Shown here in pieces: positions 54,803-64,000 of a DNA stretch of 64,000 bases. The stretch covers positions 39,370,001 through 39,434,000 of the forward strand of contig OX597825.1 of the NCBI GenBank assembly GCA_951406725.2, given 5' to 3'. A program made the position numbers and the translations under genes. Numbering within the stretch: the first letter of the stretch is position 1; each line of letters starts with the position of its first letter. This DNA comes from Octopus vulgaris. Its lineage: Eukaryota. Below the pieces are notes generated by a model that saw only the letters and a program-made list of their open reading frames with translations, was not told where the DNA came from and did no database searches.

Positions 54803-55527
54803 TATATATATATATGTGTGTGTATATGTATTTTCATATTTATGTTTGTATGCATGTTAGCATGTTTGTTGTATATTATATTCAAATACAGGAGCATTGA
54901 AATCCATTGCCTTTCATCTCATCTATTAACGACCTAACAAGGAAGTGTGAATGCTCAGCGCACTTGAAATTGTAACGCCACCATAATTTGCCATACGGAC
55001 ATATACGAGGGAATATTACATTGAATAATACATTAGATCTTGATTATGCAATGTCTATACAGTACATCTAAATGTAGATATATTATATATAGTAGCAAAG
55101 TATTATATATTTATTTCCTTGAAAGGCACTTGAAACCCGGGAAAAAAGTTTCAAATTTCAACCTATTTTTCTCTTATAAGCAGCTAGCTATTCCTAGAAA
55201 AATTAATCATATAATTCAATCTATTTAACATAACATATTAATTTTTATTATGTTGACGCAAAATAAACAGTGCAATTTCAGACCGAGGAATTTAATAATT
55301 ACCACTATAATCAAAAATAAAATACATCGCATACAAACGGAAGGATTATGAGCTTTGGCAATAAAAACGTATCTTAGAACAGTTTAGAATGAAAGCAGCA
55401 TGAGTATATTGCTCAATAGCAAATAGATTTGCTCTTTTTCAAAATCTGCCATATGCATATTGAAGATATGAGTACGAGTATTTTTAGATAGGAATATATT
55501 TCCAATATAAACCTCTCTCTCTCATAT

Positions 55528-55610
<83 letters not shown>

Positions 55611-55615
<5 letters not shown>

Positions 55616-55977
55616 GATGAGTGAAAAGTGTCCATACATAGCCCAAACATATTTTTTATATAAGAAACAGTTCATAAGATCCCCTAGATTTGATCTGACC
55701 CCTCTTCATTTCTATTTGGGAGCATTTGAAAGGCATGCTGTATCGCAAAAAGATAAGAAGCATAACTCATTTGAAGGTACGCATCACCAACTCCTATGCA
55801 CACGTATCATATGTGCCATTACGAGTTCACAATGAGTGGGGTAAACGTATTGCAATGTAAATCCCAAACAATGATAACCATATAGAGCCTGTTAAATAAA
55901 AAAAAATGTTCTTGAAAACTGTTTCTTATAAAAAAATATATTGTTCCAATGTATAGCGACTTTTGAATTACATTGTA
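55611..55977 (+). mobile_element. Internally deleted Tc1/mariner (rosa/DD41D-like) of about 365 bp
   Basis: Imperfect TIRs TACATGATGAGTGAAAAGTGTCCATACAT and ATGTATAGCGACTTTTGAATTACATTGTA. Remnant PRFDLTPLHFYL (compare PRSPDLTPLDFYLWG). Confidence 0.7.
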
Positions 55978-55979
55978 TT

Positions 55980-56028
<49 letters not shown>

Positions 56029-56042
56029 AATTACATTGTATT

Positions 56043-56086
<44 letters not shown>

Positions 56087-57152
56087 TTGGTTTCAACAAA
56101 GCTAATAATGGTGACTTCAAAATGATGGAATAAATGATCTCGTATGAGCCAACTTTGACATTTTGGATTCATTAATACATTGATCGATGATATTCTGACA
56201 TTTTTAAAAGAAACAAAAGTTAGAGAAATCATAAAAGAGTTTCATGAACACAGTGGAAGTTTTACTCCGGATAGTATTTAATTGCAAAATATAATCTCTA
56301 TTTCAAACACTAGTCATATATTTCAGTCATGTATACTGTATTAACCATCAACCGCATAGAGAAAAAAAAAAATAATGTAATACAGAAATACTTGAATGAA
56401 AGTATAATTTTTGTCAACTGAAAAACATTCGTTTAATTATTCTTCGAATATGATAAGCAATGATTAACATGAGAAATTTGACCAAAGAACTTAAATGGAG
56501 GTATAGATTTGTGCAGCAAATAAAGTACGGTCATCATTCCCATTACGGTCACCTCAAGTTATGTGAATTCATACTTACGAGAGGACCACTAATTCATACA
56601 TTGTGTAATGTTGATTTTACTGAATACATTCCCACGAACACTGTCGCCCCAAGTCTACCACTTCCTAAAGTTTGAATAAGCAATGTGAGTGGTGTGTGGA
56701 GCAACTGTGGAACTCGTAAGAAGCAATATACGAAGTCCCCATGAACCTTATAATTCATCAAGTGACAGTAATCAAGCACCACCTACCCCTACCTACCTCC
56801 CACAATTTCTACCATCTCCTTTTCATTCTGACACTTAGTTTTTGTTCTGCATATTTGATCGACAGCGCGACTGAATTGACCAATATTTCAAGATGCCTGG
56901 CAAGTAGACATCAAGTGGAACTGAAGATAGTAGTTCGAAAAGAAATCATAAAGCTATTACACAAGGTATTGAACATAAAATTTTAAATAAATTGATGAAG
57001 TTGAAACCAAGACATTATATATTCCAAAGTCTACATTGATCAAAATGCGCGGCAATAAAAAGAAATTCACTCATCAACTCGTTACTCCTCACCAACTTGG
57101 AACTTCATTTTCTTAGATTTGCAGAGGTGCCTAAAAAATGAAGTGTATCTTT

Positions 57153-58612
57153 ATTAGTAGGTGACGTACCCGGTAATTGCCGGAAAAGCAGGTCTTATCT
57201 CTTGGTTCCGTTCTCATAATTGTTTCGCCATTCCAATAACAACAATACAAAGTATGTACCCCTTAAAACGGTTTTTGTGCATTTCCAGCGAATACCGAAC
57301 TATCTTACACTGGCTCTTATTTTAAGGAATTCTCAGTAAGTTATGAATATTTAAATTGTGAAGTCAGTTATGTAATAACCAAATGTGGAATTGCCTTGAC
57401 CTCCTCTAGTTTTCACTCGGGTGTCCAGGTCAATACCTGGACAATAACGCCTAAATGACGTTATTGAACGAGTCTATTTCCGCTGAGGTTTGCATTTGAA
57501 TCATTTCTAGATGTCTTCTGCCATGCTGGTTTTGTGGATCGCCCAAAGCTTATGAGGTTCACGCAAGCCCCATGGCATAAACATGATAGAAAATAGCTGG
57601 TGCAGTTGAATTAGTGCTCTGCTGAGTGTTGGCTCCTCCAGTGTCTGGTCCCAGTGAACATCCTCCTCCAGTAGTCCATATTTGGCACAGGCTTTCCTAT
57701 AGGTCGTGAGGACTTCCCATTGTGTCTTCGAAAGCCTCTGAATGATGTAGGACATCTGACAGTGTGTAGCGGTAGGTGCATAAAGAAGCACTCCTGCTGA
57801 TTAGGGTGCACAGTGTACACCTGCCCGATGGACCCACTTCTGAAGACAGCATCTTCTTCCCAACCCTCAATGTGTGTACCAAGCTTGCATCTGTTCCATC
57901 TATTGTGTGCCCAGGTATAGTATACGGGGACCTCTACAAACAACAGTATTCGGAAAACAGATCACATTGGCATAGTTTGAAGGAAGCTGTCAAAATGTTT
58001 TCTCATCGATTGAGAACTACGTTTCGAGCATTGTCTTCTGTGAAATATACACGCTGGCCATTTTCAAGATGTATAGATAGATTTTAAGATGGTGTTCCTA
58101 CATGTAAACAGGGTGTGACCTTTGCATTGACATAGCATATATCTAAGACCAGAGCAGTTCTTCATGCAGTGCGTGTCAATTTGCTGAAGTGACATGAAAT
58201 GCATCGTCATTCATGGTTTATTTCTGAAAAAGTCACTAACAGAAATAAGTGAATCTATTGTTTAGGGGTATACTATTTACTAGTTTAAGAGTTGCACTGG
58301 GTACATTGGGAAAATAACTCTAATAGTTTAAATACTAAGAACTAAGCATACTTAATGTAATTTATACCAAATAATATAGAAAATTGAATGGGTTATTTCC
58401 CTTGGCAGCAAAATAAGATATATTCGTTATATATAAAAATCCTTTCCAGGGGCCCTATTGTCGACTTTTTAAAAATAATCTAAGTGAACCATGATGTCTC
58501 CAGACATGAGTTCTACTCACGTGGTAAGTTACCTCATGATCGATAAAACTATGTAGCCAACAACTCCGCAAACAAACACACCCGCAGACAGAATCTCCCA
58601 CATATGTAGTAG
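57153..58612 (-). mobile_element. Internally deleted Helitron with a Rep-helicase linker fragment
   Basis: HLENGQRVYFTE, IGQVYTVHPNQQECFF..LHTVRCPTSF, GLLEEDVHWDQTLEE..SMAEDI. 5' TC at about 58611 and 3' hairpin CCGG..CCGG at about 57170. Confidence 0.85.
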
Positions 58613-59095
58613 ATTAGACTTTATCTATAATTGCCCGACTTCTCCGGAAGTAAAAGTTCTGTGTTAAATTCAGAATGTATAGTGACACTTTTATATTTTG
58701 TAGAGTCATATATTATGTGGTTAAGATTATTGAGTCTCGTAAGGGAAATGTGTGTACTTACATAATGTTGCTTTTAAAACAAAAGCTATCTAACGATATG
58801 AATATGAATGCAGAAATTTCAATAGCTATTCTTATGATGACTGCAATTCGCTGAAAAGTTTTGACACTTACTGAGGTCGATCTTCACATTTTCGCTGAAG
58901 ACTATCGTAATCATGAACGTAAGACTAAGGTATAATGACGACTGTTTCTCTCTCATATGTACAGGTTGTTCCCTCCTCAAATTAATTCTAATGGTGATTA
59001 ATCATAAACCAAAATATAGTGTTCTTGATCCGTCAGTATATTTCATTCACAACGTCAATTTGATATGCATTCTCATATAATCCAATGGAATTATT

Positions 59096-59231
<136 letters not shown>

Positions 59232-60202
59232 ATATGATATAGAGAGCATTGTTACACATAAATGCAGCACGCTAGGAGGGACTCTTAAAATTACTAAAAT
59301 AAATAACCATATCGTACTGAAATACAACTCTCGATACAAGTCATATAAAAACAGAATTCAGCTGCATATCCCCTGTGATTTAGTAATTCAAGATTTATAA
59401 TGAATGAAGAAAAACAACATACCAGGCGAACAACCGTTGTATCCAACGCAGCATGAAGAAATGTTCACACCTTACATATCTCTGTAAATGGCAGGTTTTT
59501 TCGAATTGCACTGCAGTAACAACGTGGTTATTCGGAATAAAAATTCAGTATTGAATATACACCTGTTAAATTTACAATTTAAAAATAGGATAAAATCTTC
59601 ATAAGATTTGATCAAGTAGTTAGCGTGCAAAACCTCACAAGAGAAAAATCCATCAATCTTTTCACATAAATATATTATTTTTATATTTTATTGAGGGCAT
59701 TTTTACACATAAATGCCACACACTAGGAGGGACTCTTAAAGTCAAAACTACGAAAATATATAAACATATCGTACCGAAATACAACTCATTTACATAGATG
59801 TGTAAGGGGTGAACATTTCTACATGCTTCGTTGGATACGACGGTTGTTCGCCTGGTATGTTGTTTTTGTTCATTCATTATAAACCTTGAATTATGCTTGC
59901 ACTGAGGAGTAAAGAGTGCATACCACTGCACTGATTATTAAATCACAGGTGATATGCAGCTGAATTCTGTTTTTAAATGACTTGCTTCGAGAGTTGGTTT
60001 CGGTACGATATTTTTTTATTTATTTTAGTAGTTTTGACTTTAAGAGTCCCTCCTAGTGTGTGGTATTTATGTGTACTAATGTCCTCTATATAATAAATAA
60101 ATATATTTAAGTGAAAAATTTATGGATTTTTCTCTTATGAGTTTTTGAAAGCTAACTACTTGATTAATTCTTATGAAGATTTTATCCTATTTTTAAATTG
60201 TA
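59232..60202. mobile_element. HHR unit of about 450 bp: minus-strand partial tandem followed by an inverted plus-strand copy
   Basis: 59245-59488 and 59573-59787 are reverse complements of parts of 59787-60202. Flanked by (TA)n. Confidence 0.85.
59897..59959 (+). ncRNA. Hammerhead variant with G12 replaced by U
   Basis: TTGCA-CTGAGGA-GTAA(..AGTGCA/TGCACT..)TTAT-TAAA-TCAC-AG-GTGA-TA-TGCAG. Confidence 0.55.
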
Positions 60203-60224
60203 TGTATATATGTATATATATACA

Positions 60225-60920
60225 CAACTTATAAACAGGGGCAAAAGACAAGTTTCTAATGCCAAATATGCCGAAACTAGACACATTGTCCATAACCGTA
60301 TAATTTATCACAATAAGCACATTACTCGAAGAAAGCCTACAGAAATTTCTAAAAAATTCCGTTATTACCATATCGGACCTGTTTTCAGAGTTAGTTCATA
60401 AGAGCTTTCCCTTCGTGAAACATTAAGTCATGAACACAATTAAGTACCCCAAATATATCCAAAATAGAAATACTCCAGCCCATTCGAGATACGTGCGATT
60501 CGAACTGAAACTCTCACAGAGTTGGGCTGGAGTATTTCTATTTTGGATATATTTGGGGTACTTAATTGTGTTCATGACTTAGTGTTTGGTTCTTCCATGG
60601 TATAAGCAAGTATTTCATCTATTTATTTGCCTCATTTATCACTGACGAAGTGAAAGTTCTTATGAACTAACTCTGAAATCGGGTCTAATATGATACTAAC
60701 GGAATTTTTTAGAAATTTCTGTGGGCTTTCTTCGAGTAACGTTCTTATTGTGATGAATTATACGGTTATGGACAATGCGTCTAGTTTCGGCATATTTGGC
60801 ATTAGAAAATTTTTCATTTGACCTTGTTTATAAGTTGTTCATAAATTTAATCTTTAAAGGTATTTTTTAATATGCTGGCCATTGATAAAATTTTTATCGA
60901 AAAATTTTATCCTATATTAG
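60225..60920. mobile_element. Fold-back HHR element with arms of about 255 bp
   Basis: 60225-60481 is the reverse complement of 60523-60838, except for a deletion of about 56 nt. HHR-like TATCA-CTGACGA...GAAA-TCGG-GTC-TAATA at 60637-60690. Confidence 0.88.
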
Positions 60921-60927
60921 CCGTATG

Positions 60928-60968
<41 letters not shown>

Positions 60969-60970
<2 letters not shown>

Positions 60971-61335
60971 TAGCAGTATCGCTCGGCGTTGTTCAGGTTT
61001 GTAAGGGAAATAACTATAAAGCATATTTAGAGAGTTATAGCCAAAAAATAGCCAAAAAATGGAAAAAAATGATGGTAAATTTTTTTTGAGAGTTAAAAAA
61101 GGTGGAGTTGCATCCCCTAGACAGTTTGTGGTTTGTGTTTCTGATTCTCGACCCCATGTCGAATTTATCGATTTTTTCAGAACTGGGGGAACTTTTCAAA
61201 ATTTTCGCTGCGTTAGTTTTGAATTATGACATTGGGCTATGTGTGTGTCAAGTTTCATCAGAATCGGTTGAAAGCCGTGGTCAGGGTGAGGGTACAAGCA
61301 AACAGACACACAGAAACACGCACAGACAAACTGCC

Positions 61336-61345
<10 letters not shown>
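60969..61345 (-). mobile_element. Non-autonomous Helitron-like element in (TA)n
   Basis: ACTAGCAGTATCGCTCGGCGTTGTTCAGGT gives CTAG plus a degenerate subterminal hairpin on the minus strand, similar to the 40604 end. ACAGAC-type repeats lie at the other end. Confidence 0.7.
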
Positions 61346-61374
<29 letters not shown>

Positions 61375-61384
61375 AAAAGGGAAG

Positions 61385-61805
61385 AATAGTTAGTGTCAAA
61401 AAGTAGATGGAGTACGATTCGACAGCTGTTTAAATATCACTACACATGTTTCTATACAATATACATCCGCATATATGCATATTTAAATTTAGATTAAGTA
61501 ACGGTTTAGCTGTATAATAGGACCTAGTTTTCTTTCCTCACGTTACATATAATCGCTGTTTCTGTAAAGAAATTTTTGATGCCAGGTGGATGTGCTGGCA
61601 TCGAAATCAAACATTTATTGAAATAGATTATATATCAGCAGAAGAGATACAATTAGGTCCTATTATACAGATAGACCGTTACTTACATTATATTTAAAAC
61701 CTGTATATATGTGGATCTATGATGAATCGAAACATGTATAGTGGTCATTAAATAGCTATCGAATCCTACTCTCTCTTTCGTTTGACTCTATTTATTCTTT
61801 CCATT
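61385..61805. mobile_element. Diverged fold-back element with a degenerate HHR-like motif
   Basis: About 61395-61535 is an inverted copy of about 61645-61787. GACCGTTA...GAAAC-AT-GTA-TAGTGGTC gives an 8-bp stem I, but the core is degenerate. Confidence 0.65.
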
Positions 61806-61833
61806 TATTTTTCACAAGCGCGGAATGCCCAAG

Positions 61834-61918
<85 letters not shown>

Positions 61919-61974
61919 AATAAATTAGGGAGTATGGCTCCAAACTTACAGGGAAAAATGAGATTAGATTAAAT

Positions 61975-62017
<43 letters not shown>

Positions 62018-62019
<2 letters not shown>

Positions 62020-62640
62020 CCACTTCATCCTACGTGGATATTCCCTCCCAACTATCCATACCGCCCTTGCCAGAGCACGTTCTGTGGACCGTGCATCTTC
62101 ACATCACCGATTCCTTTACCTGCACTTCTACCAATATCATCTATTGCATCTCCTGCTCTCTCTGCCATTCTCTGTACATCGGACAAACGGGTCGCCGCTT
62201 GACTGATCGTGGAACACCTCCGAGACATCCGCCTCGATAATGACACCCCTGTCTCACGCCATTTTCGTTCTACCGGTCGCTCTTTGCAACACCTGTCCGT
62301 GATCGGATTGTCCTTGTACAGAGGCCGTCCAGACTCCCGTTTGCGCCGTGAACAGGGATTCATCTTCACTATTCGCTCCTCTTCCTCTAGCCTCCTCCAC
62401 TTGCCTCTCTCTTCCCCCCTCCTACTTCCTCCCACCCACCTCTCCTTTCGTACTCCGACTCCTACATCTCTTCACTGCAACGTCTCTTCACCCTTACTCT
62501 CTTTCTCTCTTCTCTCTTACCTTCTTTCTCTCTCTTCTCTCATACCCACCTTCCTCTTCCCTCCTTCATCGTTAACTCTCCCCCATAAGCCCACCCCACC
62601 CCTAAACATTCTTACTCCACCTTCCCTATCCTTCCTATAC
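62018..62640 (+). mobile_element. 5'-truncated PLE (Neptune/Naiad-type GIY-YIG endonuclease) with a pyrimidine-rich tail, in (TA)n
   Basis: FTCTSTNIIYCISCSLCHSLYIGQTGRRL, then after a frameshift EHLRDIR..PVSRHF..RLRREQ. Confidence 0.9.
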
Positions 62641-63534
62641 ATAAATATATATGTACGTGTGTATGTGCGTGTAAATATATATGCATGTATATTTAGTAAT
62701 GCGCACAAAATATTAACATATGGAAATGTGAATTGGAATGCAGTAAAAATTATAATTACATATGTGTATTACATACAATATTGTATAAAACTGCTATCAA
62801 ACATATGCTTAGATACAATTTGAAATAGTTATTTCATTTCAATTCCAAATTGAATATAAATTATATTTACTACAACTGATGTTTATAATGTATGACCAAT
62901 AAAATTTGTATGAAATACACAACGTCATTTTTCAATTCTGTTTCTATAATTGCTTTATGAAGTTATATTTAGCACTAAAGGAATGGAACGTGCAATCGTG
63001 CAAATGAGTATATAATCCCCATCCACCAAAACAATTATTTGCTAGTAAATTGTAGGTTTTTTTCAAACATTTTCTAGTTTACACGCATTTATTTTTGAAG
63101 TAGATAATGTAGTATATACGAGTAATGGGATAAATTTATTACGAGAGATGACCCAAGGTCTATGAAAAGATTGATAATTTATTTATTAAGTCTTGCTACT
63201 TTTCTTCGCGTTTAGTGTTCGCATTTTAGGTCTAGTTGGATAATATCATAAGGAACTACTAGATAAGAATTTCTATATTTCTTTAATGAAGGTCCACTAG
63301 TATTCAGAATGATATATCATTTAGTCTTTGGTAAAACGCATATACGCAACCTATTAATTAGCAAGTGTAATGCTAAAGATAACGCTGACAAACATGTATG
63401 AATTTGTCATGAAAATCTCATGGGAAGGAAATTCTTATAGTCATAGTTTAAATTACCTGACAAAATTCTTCTTACATATTTCATTTCGTTTACATATTTC
63501 TCTTCGAGAGGAAAGTTACTAACTTATTGTCTAT

Positions 63535-63888
63535 GTCTCTGAAACCGACGCAAAATAATATATTAATCTACTACTCGCAATAAAAGTTTTAAGGCTAAAA
63601 AACAAAAAAAAGAAATTTGATTAATAAACAACCGACTTATCATCCAAGCCACTACCTTAAAGAAACGATCGATTAGTCAGGTAGATACTCAACCGATTGT
63701 CAAATAATAAAGAAGTGGAATTGAACTTGTGCATGTGTTAAATTTATTGGGGTAATGATTCACCTAAGACACAACAAAATTGAAGCGATTTTAACATTGA
63801 AATAGAATACAATGTGTATGTCTCTGACACTGACGCAAAATGATACATTAATCTAATACTTGCCATAAATGTTTTAAGGTTAAAAGAA
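63535..63888. repeat. Diverged direct repeat of about 70 bp, spaced about 284 bp apart
   Basis: TGTCTCTGA.AC.GACGCAAAAT..TA.ATTAATCTA..GTTTTAAGG at about 63534 and 63819. Confidence 0.75.
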
Positions 63889-64000
63889 ATTAACATTCAC
63901 AATTAATTAGTTTTTCATAATTAAACCGATCTTTATGTTATAATTGTTGTTTTGCTGAGCTCATCCAGTTGGATACATTCCAAATTATATTGGCATACGT

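Overview
AT-rich, microsatellite-dense eukaryotic intergenic or intronic DNA, most likely octopus (inferred from the tRNA-derived SINE families and the (TA)n/(TAA)n load). No intact host protein-coding gene is visible, and most listed ORFs are microsatellite translations. The window is a mosaic of decayed transposons: DD34D mariners, maT- and rosa-like Tc1/mariners, pogo, Helitrons, a solo LTR, SINEs, L1/Tx1 and Dong/R4 fragments, and Penelope-like elements (PLEs) of three types. The main hidden signal is a dense set of type-I hammerhead ribozyme (HHR) motifs, about 14 from roughly 10 distinct repeat families. They sit in short non-coding tandem or fold-back units (retrozyme/pLTR-like), usually next to (TA)n, and several share a covarying 3'-terminal hairpin. 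Other highlights: a PLE tail built as tRNA-like Pol III promoter + (TAA)n + HHR that also occurs as a free unit, a rearranged 'split-core' hammerhead-like fold, and ORF1-only gag-like elements abutting HHR units. All family names come from motif recognition by eye; no database search was run.
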